A DNA stretch of 64,000 nt from positions 288,001 through 352,000 of the forward strand of contig CBDBMJ010000003.1 of the NCBI GenBank assembly GCA_965207455.1, given 5' to 3'. The notes under the pieces were generated by a model that did no database searches, was not told the origin of the DNA, and was given only the letters and a program-made list of their open reading frames with translations. Made by a program: the position numbers and the translations under genes. The DNA is from Bdellovibrionota bacterium. GTDB taxonomy: Bacteria; Bdellovibrionota; UBA1018; CAIPTA01; JAALKR01. How positions within the stretch are numbered: position 1 is the stretch's first letter; each line of letters begins with the position of its first letter. Below are positions 29,885 to 39,360 of the stretch, piece after piece.

Positions 29885-30424
29885 ATGAATGCATTAGACA
29901 ACCTTGTTGAAAAACTCTGCAACTCTTCTCCCACCATGGAGAACCATGTAAAAATCTTAAACTCAAGCCCCATGCCTTCCGTTGAGGAAGTGGAAAAATA
30001 CACTTTCTGGCAACCAGGCGTTTATGTCCGGAACTTGATCAAGCGCACAGAAGACTTTGAATTAATTCTTTTCTGTTGGGATACAAACAGCGTTGCTCCG
30101 ATACATAACCACAGCGCTCAGTGGTGTTGGATGTCCATTCTACAGGGTGAATTGAAAGAAGTTTATTATTCTACCCAATCTATCGAGGAAAGAAATCCCA
30201 AAGTTATCAAAACAATAAATCATACTCCAAGTGCACGCACCTTCATCGATGATACTATTGGCTGGCATTCAGTCCAAAACGTAAGCCAAGGAAGATCGAT
30301 TAGCCTAAACATATACAATAGACCTATTGATACTTGTAAATTCTACTGCCAAGAGACAAATGCTTCTCAAAATACTGATCTGTCCTATCACTCCATGGAT
30401 GGAAAAGTGCTCAGTGGTACTTGA
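29885..30424 (+). CDS. Cysteine dioxygenase family cupin
   Basis: 'YVRNLI', 'FELILFCW', 'IHNH', 'GWHSV', 'SLNIY'; ATG at 29885. Confidence 0.87.
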   Translation: MNALDNLVEKLCNSSPTMENHVKILNSSPMPSVEEVEKYTFWQPGVYVRNLIKRTEDFELILFCWDTNSVAPIHNHSAQWCWMSILQGELKEVYYSTQSIEERNPKVIKTINHTPSARTFIDDTIGWHSVQNVSQGRSISLNIYNRPIDTCKFYCQETNASQNTDLSYHSMDGKVLSGT

Positions 30425-31095
30425 ATAAAGCATTTATGATTTCTTCCCAAATCCCATATTTAAAAACTCTTTTTTTACCTCCATTCAGCACGTCGACTCC
30501 AAAAGAAAAAGAACAAAAATCGCCTCTCATTATTGTGCTTCATGGACTGGGAGATTCCATAGAGGGTTATCGCTTCTTACCCCAGTTTTTAGACATTCCC
30601 AACGTCGCCTATCTCTTAGTAAATGCTCCTGATACATACGTTGTTGGCTATTCCTGGTTTGATTTAGATTGGGGGAACGGTCCAGAACCGGGGATTGCGC
30701 GCTCCCGTGATCTTTTGTTCCGACTATTGGGAGACTTAAATAAAATGGGCTGGGATCGTTTGGCCGTATTTGGTTTTTCCCAAGGTGCTCTGCTTGCTTT
30801 GGATGTTGCCACACACTATCCCTCTCCGCTACATGCCATCGTGGCCGTTAGTGGTTATGCCCATAGTTTAGAAACACTGAAATTAGTCCCTGCTGCTAAG
30901 GAGCAGAAAATTTTTGCTAGTCATGGAAGGCAAGACCCCATGCTTCCCATACAAAACACTCGTCAACAAATAGAAACCCTGCAACGTATGGGATTGAATA
31001 TATCGTGGAAAGAATACGACAAAGACCATACGATAGACCCCGTTCAAGAGGCAAAAGACATCAAACTCTTCCTCCAATCCAATCTACTTGCCTAA
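30421..31095 (+). CDS. Phospholipase/carboxylesterase (alpha/beta hydrolase)
   Basis: 'LHGLGD', 'GFSQG', 'HGRQD', 'DHTI'. Confidence 0.9.
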   Translation: MNKAFMISSQIPYLKTLFLPPFSTSTPKEKEQKSPLIIVLHGLGDSIEGYRFLPQFLDIPNVAYLLVNAPDTYVVGYSWFDLDWGNGPEPGIARSRDLLFRLLGDLNKMGWDRLAVFGFSQGALLALDVATHYPSPLHAIVAVSGYAHSLETLKLVPAAKEQKIFASHGRQDPMLPIQNTRQQIETLQRMGLNISWKEYDKDHTIDPVQEAKDIKLFLQSNLLA

Positions 31096-31124
31096 ACGCT
31101 ACTTTTATGGGATAAAAATAGATC

Positions 31125-32558
31125 ATGGAAATAAAAAATATACTTTCTAAAATACAATGCCCTGACGCGGACTGGATCGGTCTTCGTGAGGTACGCGAAA
31201 ATGCCCGTTGGCGCATGGCCCGAAATGGAAAAATCTCTACCTGTAGTGGAGATACTAGCCACGGTATAATGGTGGAAGTTCTAAAGAATGGCCATATAGC
31301 CTACAGTGCCACTGCCGACAGGAGTGCAGCTTCTGTGGAGTTGGCTGTACAAAAAGCTCTTTCCCTTATTCAAAGGGAGTCGAAGTACAAGGTTCATCAC
31401 TTCACCACAAAACACCGCCCACACACCACGGGAAGGTACCATTCACCTTCGGCTAGTGACGCAATCTCCTCCAGCGATTTAAATACTCTCTTGATAGATG
31501 CTTGTAGCACATTGCGAGTGTCTCCAAAAATTCAAGAAGCTCAGGCCGCTACTTACCTTATAAACAGCAAGCACCGGATGGTTTCCACCGACGGCATGGA
31601 TATTGAACAAGATTTTTCCCATGTGTCTTTCGGCTACGGTGCCACTGCGGTGGACGGTTCCTTGGTGCAAGAGCGTTCCTCTGGAGGATTCCTATCCAAT
31701 AGCTTTCAAGGAAATTTTTCACTCCCTGAACAGGCGTCGTGGAAGGAGAACTTAACTAGGACTGGGCAAGAGGCCTTAGAGTTACTCCAAGCCGACGAGT
31801 GCCCCACAGGCAAAATGGATCTCGTGCTCATGCCCGATCAAATGATGCTACAAATTCATGAGAGCATCGGGCATCCATTGGAAATTGATCGCATACTGGG
31901 CGACGAGAGAAATTACGCTGGTTCCAGTTTTGTTGCATTAAACGATTTTGGAACCCTTACCTACGGTTCTCCCTTGATGAATATAAGTTTCGACCCGACG
32001 ATAAAAGAGGAATACGCTTCCTATGCTTTCGACGACAACGGTCAGCCTGCGAAAAAAGAATATTTAATCCAAGAAGGAAAACTCCTACGCGGACTAGGTG
32101 GACTGGAAAGTCAATCCAGATCAGACGTTCCTGGAGTAGCGAATGCTCGAGCCAGCCTATGGAATCGTCCTCCCATTGACCGTATGGCAAATATCAACCT
32201 AGAGCCGGGCACCAGTTCTTATGACAACATTATTAGCGGCATCGAGCACGGTGTAATCATGCACTCCAATTGCTCTTGGTCCATCGATGATTTTCGAAGG
32301 AAGTTTCAATTTGGCTGTGAGTACGGCAAGCTTGTTAAAAATGGAAAAGTTGTAAAAACACTACGCAACCCGAACTACCGGGGAATTACCGTTCCTTTTT
32401 GGAAGAATCTTAAGAAGGTGGGAAATGAAGAAACTTGGTCCGTTCTTGGAACTCCCTTTTGTGGTAAGGGGGAGCCGAACCAAGTAATTCGAGTGGGCCA
32501 CGCCTCTCCTGTATGTTTATTTGAAAATGTGGACGTTTTTGGAGGAGCAGAGAAATGA
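31125..32558 (+). CDS. tldD: TldD metalloprotease subunit
   Basis: 'IHESIGH' HExxxH, 'PPIDRMAN', C-terminal 'CGKGEP'. Confidence 0.93.
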   Translation: MEIKNILSKIQCPDADWIGLREVRENARWRMARNGKISTCSGDTSHGIMVEVLKNGHIAYSATADRSAASVELAVQKALSLIQRESKYKVHHFTTKHRPHTTGRYHSPSASDAISSSDLNTLLIDACSTLRVSPKIQEAQAATYLINSKHRMVSTDGMDIEQDFSHVSFGYGATAVDGSLVQERSSGGFLSNSFQGNFSLPEQASWKENLTRTGQEALELLQADECPTGKMDLVLMPDQMMLQIHESIGHPLEIDRILGDERNYAGSSFVALNDFGTLTYGSPLMNISFDPTIKEEYASYAFDDNGQPAKKEYLIQEGKLLRGLGGLESQSRSDVPGVANARASLWNRPPIDRMANINLEPGTSSYDNIISGIEHGVIMHSNCSWSIDDFRRKFQFGCEYGKLVKNGKVVKTLRNPNYRGITVPFWKNLKKVGNEETWSVLGTPFCGKGEPNQVIRVGHASPVCLFENVDVFGGAEK

Positions 32559-33943
32559 CAAAAAAGATGCCAAACAAAATGACAGACGAAACCCCCAACC
32601 ACCCCTGCGTAACCAAACCTTATTTTGAGTCTTTAAAGGATTTCATTTTCTCAAAACTCCAGAGCGACGAGTACGTCACTTTAAATCTTAGGGGAGAGAG
32701 CACCCATTTTTGTCGCATGAATAATGCAAAGATACGACAAAACGGAACCGTAATGGACCAATCTCTCTCCATACAACTACAAAAAAACAAAGCGGGCGAG
32801 CTTCGCACAGCCACAGAAGATTTTTCTCTAAGTAAAAATTTTGACCAAGATTCAGATCAAACTGCCTCAGCTCTGCGCACATTACGAAGCGAAATAGAAA
32901 CATTGCCTGCGGACCCTTTTACCAGTTTGCCCGAATCCACCTCCACCAGTGAATCCGTGGAAAGCGGCACCTTGCTTAACCCATCGGACGCTCCTGAAAA
33001 AATTCTATCGAAACACACAGACCTGGACTTAACGGGGATTTACTCCAGTGGAAGCATGGTTCGTGGAACAGCTACCTCAACGGGAGCCATGCATTGGTTT
33101 TCCACAGATTCCTTCCTTCTAGATTATTCTATCTCCGGAGCGGAAGAACGTGCCTATAAAGGTTTTTACGGCGGTAGTTCTTGGGACACAGACGAGTATG
33201 AAAAAGAAATACAAAAAGCCCAAGAGCAACTCAACGCTTTAAAAAAACCTGTGCGTAAAATACCTCCCGGCAACTACCGCACCTACCTTGCCCCCACCGC
33301 GGCTTGGGCATTTTCCCAGACCCTTGCAAGAACATTTAGCGAAGGTAGTATTCGACAAGGCAGCTCACCCCTTCGCCTTGTCCGTAGAGGAGAAAAAAGT
33401 TTTTCCCCTAAACTTACCCTGTTAGAAGACTTTCAATATGGCGATACTCCTCGATTTACTTCAGAGGGAGAACTCTCCCCAGAAAACACGCCTCTTATCG
33501 TCGACGGCAAGCTTAAAAACACCCTTATCAGTAGGCGAACAGCAAAAGAGTATGGCTTGGAAGCCAACGGCGCCTCTTCAAATGAAGAGGTACGTAGCTT
33601 TGTTATTTCCCCAGGAAACTTAGCCGAAGAAAAAGTATTGGATCAACTCCACACCGGTTTATATATTTCTAACTTGCACTACCTCAATTGGAGCGATCAG
33701 AATCAAGGTCGAGTAACAGGCATGACCCGTTTTGCCTGCTTCTGGGTAGAAAACGGAAAGCTCGTGGCCCCCATCGAAAATCTTCGCTGGGACGATACTA
33801 TCTTTCGTTGCTTTGGATCGGAACTGGAAGACTTTACACAAAAAGTCCATGTATTTCCCAACACTGGCTCTTATGGCAACCGCTCTGTGGGAAGTGACCG
33901 CTGCCCAGGCATGCTACTAAAAAGTATGGCGTTCACGCTCTAG
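32555..33943 (+). CDS. tldE: TldE/PmbA family subunit
   Basis: Coupled to tldD; 'TGMTRFACFWVENG', 'NLRWDD'; no HExxxH. Confidence 0.88.
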   Translation: MTKKMPNKMTDETPNHPCVTKPYFESLKDFIFSKLQSDEYVTLNLRGESTHFCRMNNAKIRQNGTVMDQSLSIQLQKNKAGELRTATEDFSLSKNFDQDSDQTASALRTLRSEIETLPADPFTSLPESTSTSESVESGTLLNPSDAPEKILSKHTDLDLTGIYSSGSMVRGTATSTGAMHWFSTDSFLLDYSISGAEERAYKGFYGGSSWDTDEYEKEIQKAQEQLNALKKPVRKIPPGNYRTYLAPTAAWAFSQTLARTFSEGSIRQGSSPLRLVRRGEKSFSPKLTLLEDFQYGDTPRFTSEGELSPENTPLIVDGKLKNTLISRRTAKEYGLEANGASSNEEVRSFVISPGNLAEEKVLDQLHTGLYISNLHYLNWSDQNQGRVTGMTRFACFWVENGKLVAPIENLRWDDTIFRCFGSELEDFTQKVHVFPNTGSYGNRSVGSDRCPGMLLKSMAFTL

Positions 33944-33993
33944 CGCTGATAGCTAATGGATTGTCTCACTAAAATAGTACTTACTTGAAGGAA

Positions 33994-34872
33994 CTATAAA
34001 TAATAAATAGTATAATCATCTAACGCTCGATAACGAATAGTTCCTGCTGTCAGACCGAAGGCGGTTTTATACTTATTTTCAATTTTCTCACCTTCGCTAC
34101 TGGGCATCGATAGATTAAAATTCTTTAAATCATAATATGATTCAACACCGCTCTGCTCACCAACCATTAAATTAACTTGGTGTATATTGGCTCTTCCTCG
34201 TAAAAAAGGAGGGATAAGAATGTCTTTTTTATGATCTGCTAGTGAACCATATATTTTTTGTTCAATTTTCTTGTTTTTCTTGTACAGTGTTAGTCCAATA
34301 AAATTTTTCTTGCTAGAAAATTTATTTAGCTTCTTTTTCAACATCATCTGTGTTGTAGATAATCCTTCAGCATCAGGGTGATAAGTATATACCTTAAAAT
34401 GTTCTTCCTTAAAATCCCATCCTAGACCATAAAAATATTTCAATTCATTTTCCGACAGTTCTAAATTCCGTTTTTTCATAACCTTATGAACAATATCTAA
34501 AATATTTTTCTTGTTCCCCAAGTGTCCGCAGGCAAAGCGAGAACTATTAATCGAGCCTTTATATATCTTATGGCTGTACGTAGCTGACCTCAACCATGGA
34601 GCTTGATGAATATCATAACGCCAGAGAGTCATCTGCTGAGTACAAGCATCAATATATTCTTTTTCTTCTGTTGAAAAAGACTTTTGAAAGTCAAAATAAT
34701 TTTCACAATGCCACTGATAAAGAGTATGCATAATCCGAGAAAAATAACCTGATCGTCCTTTCCCAAAAGAACGATTCAACTGTCTCGATAACGCCATTGG
34801 ATTAAAAAAAATAATCCCCACAATACTTATAAGGATATGCTTTAAAAAATTTCTGCGATTCTGAGTAAACAT
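33994..34872 (-). CDS. Tat-exported hypothetical protein
   Basis: 'NRRNFLK' twin-arginine motif followed by a hydrophobic stretch. Confidence 0.7.
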   Translation of the reverse strand: MFTQNRRNFLKHILISIVGIIFFNPMALSRQLNRSFGKGRSGYFSRIMHTLYQWHCENYFDFQKSFSTEEKEYIDACTQQMTLWRYDIHQAPWLRSATYSHKIYKGSINSSRFACGHLGNKKNILDIVHKVMKKRNLELSENELKYFYGLGWDFKEEHFKVYTYHPDAEGLSTTQMMLKKKLNKFSSKKNFIGLTLYKKNKKIEQKIYGSLADHKKDILIPPFLRGRANIHQVNLMVGEQSGVESYYDLKNFNLSMPSSEGEKIENKYKTAFGLTAGTIRYRALDDYTIYYL

Positions 34873-34880
34873 TATTAATC

Positions 34881-36500
34881 CTAACGAAATTGAATGGGTC
34901 TAAAAATAGAGTTCACATAAGCATCTTTAATAAAAACAGTTCCTAGCTGGTCAGTTGTATCTACAAAACTCATCATAGTTGATGTATGTATTTTTTCTGG
35001 TATTATATCATAATCAAAGACTAGTGTTCTCTTTGTTGGAGATATTGCAAAAAATGGCTCGAGTTTTCCAAAAGGCAAAACTGAGGGGAATCCTGCAGCT
35101 CGCAACGTACTTAATATGATGTCCTGGGGCGTGGGTCTTGGAGGATCTTGACCATTAAGCATTTTATCCTTTCTGAGTAAAATAACAGGTGCATCAAGAA
35201 TTGCGATCCCATCAGGTGTAAGTCGATCATGTAAATAAGTATAGAATTCTACACTATATAATCTAGAAAGATCATAATTATCAGGAAAAGGAAAATCTAC
35301 AAAAATCAAATCATATTTTTCCTTAGACCTCTTCGCATAAGAAAATGCATCACCAATAATTAAATTTAAACGTTTATCTTTGAAAACATTTTTATTGAGT
35401 TTAGAAAAGGACTCGTGTTCACTGACCATCTTTACAACCATAGGGTCCAATTCAATAAGAGTAATTTCAGGGACATCAAAGAAGTCAAAAAGAGTCCGCG
35501 CCAATAAGCCATCTCCTCCTCCTAAAATAAGAACTCGACGGACAGGTTTATTTTTACGCAAATTGAAGCCGGCCATTACTGCTAGTTCATGATAGATGTG
35601 CCAATCTATTGTAGCAAACTGAGAATGTCGATTCAAATACAATGTTTTTGATGATGGTCGGTCTAGAAAATTCTTGAAAAAACTGTCATTATCAATGATA
35701 TCAATGCTCTGATACATGGATCGAGTGTGGGGGACATTGCCCACACTATGAAGTAATTCCCAAGCAAGAGACCAATCTTGCAAAGAAAAAGGATTAACTC
35801 GAAGATTGAGGTAATGGCGCTTAAGAAAATACTGATGGATCACTGCCGTATATTGACCTACTACAAAAAGAAATGCTGCAATAGCAGGGGCTAGGTAGAG
35901 ATACTTTAATGAAACTGATCTTCTCCATATAAGATAAATGAAAGTAACTAATAATAAATTTAGAGCGCCTATTAATAATGCTATATTTATTCTATGGAAG
36001 TGTGGCTCTAGGAAAAGAGGCAACAAAAGTGCGGCTAAAAGTCCACCGCTGTAACTTATTGCCCAGAAACGCCCTTCATTCCCGGTCTTACGTCTTACAA
36101 TCTGGCTCAGTAGTGTAACTTCGATACCAGATAAAAAGCCGACAAGCATAGTCAAAGGCTGAACAGAAAGTGCTGCAAGATAATTGCCAATTGAAACACT
36201 TCGAGTGATCTTGTAAATCACTCCTAGATCCATTACTCCAATAATAATCAACACGAGACTAGCTGAAATACCTCCCAAGCAAGCAAGTAGTATTTCTAAC
36301 GATAACAATTTCTTTAGTTCTTCCCCTTGCTTTATTCGACGAGAAAACCCTGCGCCAATACCAAGGGACAGCAAATAGCAGCCAAAGGTCAGGCTTTGAC
36401 TGAAAATTTGTTCTTGTACCGCTGCTGATACAGTATGCGCTATTAATAATTGGTATGACATGCTACAAAAGCTTGCGATAAAGACAATCACTAAGATCAA
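34881..36500 (-). CDS. Membrane-fused spermidine-synthase-like (aminopropyl/methyltransferase) protein
   Basis: About seven N-terminal TMs; 'SMYQSI', 'YHE', 'LILGGGDG', 'IELD', 'GDAF', 'LYSVEFY'. Confidence 0.85.
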   Translation of the reverse strand: MILVIVFIASFCSMSYQLLIAHTVSAAVQEQIFSQSLTFGCYLLSLGIGAGFSRRIKQGEELKKLLSLEILLACLGGISASLVLIIIGVMDLGVIYKITRSVSIGNYLAALSVQPLTMLVGFLSGIEVTLLSQIVRRKTGNEGRFWAISYSGGLLAALLLPLFLEPHFHRINIALLIGALNLLLVTFIYLIWRRSVSLKYLYLAPAIAAFLFVVGQYTAVIHQYFLKRHYLNLRVNPFSLQDWSLAWELLHSVGNVPHTRSMYQSIDIIDNDSFFKNFLDRPSSKTLYLNRHSQFATIDWHIYHELAVMAGFNLRKNKPVRRVLILGGGDGLLARTLFDFFDVPEITLIELDPMVVKMVSEHESFSKLNKNVFKDKRLNLIIGDAFSYAKRSKEKYDLIFVDFPFPDNYDLSRLYSVEFYTYLHDRLTPDGIAILDAPVILLRKDKMLNGQDPPRPTPQDIILSTLRAAGFPSVLPFGKLEPFFAISPTKRTLVFDYDIIPEKIHTSTMMSFVDTTDQLGTVFIKDAYVNSIFRPIQFR

Positions 36501-37153
36501 AATTCACCTCTGATCATGCTGGAGGTTATTTTTCTTTTCATCTTATCATGGCGATTGAAAAATATATCTATAGCAACAAGAGCATTGAGCATTGCTGTGA
36601 AAAATCCTATCCAAAAAATTCCTAAGCTAGGTAAAAGCAGTAAAGGAAATAAAACCGCGGCTAAAAACATTCCCACATAATCATACACTATCAATAATGC
36701 TTTACTTTTTTCCTCTTTCTCAAGATATAATAGTATTGGTAGTTCAAAACCAGAAAAAAATCCACATGCGACTACAGGTAAATAATAAATTGGCAGCAAA
36801 AAGAAAAGTACAGTAGAGGATGCTTTTATTAACTCCTGATCCAAAAAATATAGCAATACCGGGCTAAGCCCTCCTATAAAAATCAGTAGAGATTCAATTT
36901 TAAATAAATAAAGAGAAGGTTTTTTGGAGAGTATAATATAATCGCTCACATAAGCCCCAGCACCAAGTGAAAATGAAAATAATCCAATCACGAGCGAATA
37001 TTGTAGAATGGTGTTACCGAGAAGCGCAGAAAGCAATTGACCCAAGTTTAACTCATAGAGGAAGCTACAAAATGCTAATAGTAAAGAATATAGATATAAG
37101 CGAGAAAACCCAGCATGCCGGTTTGGTCGATTTTTACTAGAGACCACCGACAC
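36497..37153 (-). CDS. Standalone copy of the spermidine-synthase N-terminal membrane domain
   Basis: 'FCSFLYEL', 'SLGAGAYVS', 'GFELP', 'DYVG' parallel the TM region of the downstream gene. Confidence 0.8.
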   Translation of the reverse strand: MSVVSSKNRPNRHAGFSRLYLYSLLLAFCSFLYELNLGQLLSALLGNTILQYSLVIGLFSFSLGAGAYVSDYIILSKKPSLYLFKIESLLIFIGGLSPVLLYFLDQELIKASSTVLFFLLPIYYLPVVACGFFSGFELPILLYLEKEEKSKALLIVYDYVGMFLAAVLFPLLLLPSLGIFWIGFFTAMLNALVAIDIFFNRHDKMKRKITSSMIRGEF

Positions 37154-37159
37154 ATTTAA

Positions 37160-37723
37160 TTAAATAGATTTTGCTTTTATTTGCATAAAGATTTTTTCAA
37201 AATATTCTTCTTCCTTATCCATAATCTCAGGCGGCATCCGAACAGCCAAAACATAACTTCCCGCACCGTCTTTCCTGATAGCGTGCACAACTACCATTGC
37301 TTGGCTACCATTGCAACCACTGTGAAAAGAAATTTTACTAAAACCTTTAGTATTATAAAGTTCCTTAGTCTGTATTACCACATGCATTAGTGGTTGGGAA
37401 AAAGCTGGCATAAGATGGGGATTGCCTTCCAGCCAGTCCAGCATTGCTTCAAAATTTTTATGATTTTTTTTGATAGCAAGTACTGCAAAATAGCCCCCTT
37501 TTTTAGCGTCTTTTCCAAATAACACCTCAGAGCTGCCGTCCTTGACGGTGCTATAATGAAAGGTTTTTGGTAATTCAACGGATATTTGCTGACGGGCAAG
37601 AAATTTGGAGGTTATGTGCTTAAATTCAGGTTGATGAACCCCCGCACTGAGAGCGGCAGGAAAAAGTATAAAGCATAACAGCACTTCGCATAAAAACATT
37701 TTTTTCAATTTTTTTAAAGTCAT
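37160..37723 (-). CDS. Hypothetical exported protein
   Basis: Signal peptide ending 'ALSA'; same strand and tightly spaced with the operon. Confidence 0.6.
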   Translation of the reverse strand: MTLKKLKKMFLCEVLLCFILFPAALSAGVHQPEFKHITSKFLARQQISVELPKTFHYSTVKDGSSEVLFGKDAKKGGYFAVLAIKKNHKNFEAMLDWLEGNPHLMPAFSQPLMHVVIQTKELYNTKGFSKISFHSGCNGSQAMVVVHAIRKDGAGSYVLAVRMPPEIMDKEEEYFEKIFMQIKAKSI

Positions 37724-37963
37724 ACTCAAAAAATAACAGAAAAAAAAAAACACGCAAGTATTTTTACTTCAATTTTAAGCTTTTATTCAATAATGCTCGT
37801 TTAAAAGAAGTGAATTTTTGATATTAGCAGACGAATCGGGCTGTTTTAATTATAAAACCGTGTTAGCTTAGTGCTTTAGGGGGCTAGGACATAGTAAAAA
37901 AATGGGTCATTTAATTAAATGCACGCCAATTAATTAGAGCATAACCTAACATAATAAAAACCG

Positions 37964-39283
37964 ATGATGCGCATTAAAAGTAAAAAAAATAATAGTGAAT
38001 TCACTATAATAAAAACAACGCCTGCGGTTCCTCGAACGAACCTTGCAGGTAATATTTCTCATGCTGGAGAGCAATACTGCTACAGACACACCAGCGGTAC
38101 TTGGGTAAAACAAAATAACCTATGCTGGAATAAGAATGTACAAAAATTCATTAAAAATTCAACGGGACTTGCGCGATCTTCCTCAGGCATGTCCCTTCTA
38201 TCTGTAATAATGGCTGCAGGATTGCTTGGGCTGATCGCCCTAGGTGCAGCAAAGCTACAGCAAAACATGATATCTGGACAAAAGGATGTGGAAAATAGAT
38301 TTGAAATCAATAAATTATACTCCAATATTCGAGGTGTATTGGGAAATGCAGGGGCATGCGCTCAGACTCTAGGTAGAAATAATAGTAGAACTATAAATAA
38401 TACGCCCATAACCTCAAAGGGGGTTCATGGAACACCGGTTCTTATCGGAGCTATAAAAGATTCAAATGGAAATAAAGTATATGAAATAAATAGGACCTAC
38501 GATGATGTAAAGATAACAAAAATAGAGCTTTCTACATTTACGGTGGATGCCACGCCTTCCCGAGACGTTACAGTTCCTTCTACTACACCAGGTGGAAATC
38601 CTCAGACACTTTCCGTAAACGATGGCAGCACAAAAATAATCCTTTCTTTTACAAGAGCCAGGGCAAATAGTCAAGGTCTTTCTCATTTTAAAACAAGAGA
38701 GATTCAATTAAAGGCTGCTAGATATAATGGTGGAGGTGCGAATGTGGTATTTACTATTCATAGTTGCATCGCTTTATTTGCAGCCGATACTACAGTCCTG
38801 CGAAGAGAAGCACTGGCTGGCGTGAGCTGTACAGGAAATCAAGTCCTTACAGGGTTTGACCAAAGCGGTAATCCGCTCTGCAAGGATTTTGCGGTTCTCA
38901 CTGATACACAATGTGCTCCAGGAGAAGCCGTAACGGGAATTACTCAAGGAGCGGTTATATGTGCGGGTCCGCCACCGCCACCTCCTCCCGCTCCTCTCCC
39001 ACCGCCACCTCCTCCCGCTCCTCTCCCACCGTCCCCCGGTACTTATGTAACTCTCTCCTGTACCCCATCCGGCTACACTTGTGTTGGTAAGTCACGCGTT
39101 AATCCCAGAACCGGTAAGTATTCTTGTCCGTCGGGCTACGCATCCGCAAGAATTGCACCAACTAGAACTAGAACAACCACAGTAGACGAGTCCGTATGCA
39201 CACAGACGGGGCATGGTGGGCAAAATTGCAATACCCAATCAATTACAATAACGCACGTGGAAAGAACATATAAATGCATATAA
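37964..39283 (+). CDS. Pilin/pseudopilin-like protein with Pro-rich linker and Cys-rich tail
   Basis: 'G|MSLLSVIMAAGLLGLIALG' class III-like signal after residue 75; Cys repeats 'CTGNQVLTGF', 'CAPGEAVTGI'. Confidence 0.65.
   Translation: MMRIKSKKNNSEFTIIKTTPAVPRTNLAGNISHAGEQYCYRHTSGTWVKQNNLCWNKNVQKFIKNSTGLARSSSGMSLLSVIMAAGLLGLIALGAAKLQQNMISGQKDVENRFEINKLYSNIRGVLGNAGACAQTLGRNNSRTINNTPITSKGVHGTPVLIGAIKDSNGNKVYEINRTYDDVKITKIELSTFTVDATPSRDVTVPSTTPGGNPQTLSVNDGSTKIILSFTRARANSQGLSHFKTREIQLKAARYNGGGANVVFTIHSCIALFAADTTVLRREALAGVSCTGNQVLTGFDQSGNPLCKDFAVLTDTQCAPGEAVTGITQGAVICAGPPPPPPPAPLPPPPPPAPLPPSPGTYVTLSCTPSGYTCVGKSRVNPRTGKYSCPSGYASARIAPTRTRTTTVDESVCTQTGHGGQNCNTQSITITHVERTYKCI
38972..39031 (+). repeat. 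27-bp tandem duplication encoding PPPPPAPL
   Basis: CCACCGCCACCTCCTCCCGCTCCTCTC twice plus a partial copy. Confidence 0.85.
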
Positions 39284-39360
39284 AAAATGAATTTGAGGTA
39301 ACTTTTGGCGAAACAGACCTAAGTAACTTTTCCATAATTTATTAAAACAAGGAGGCATTA

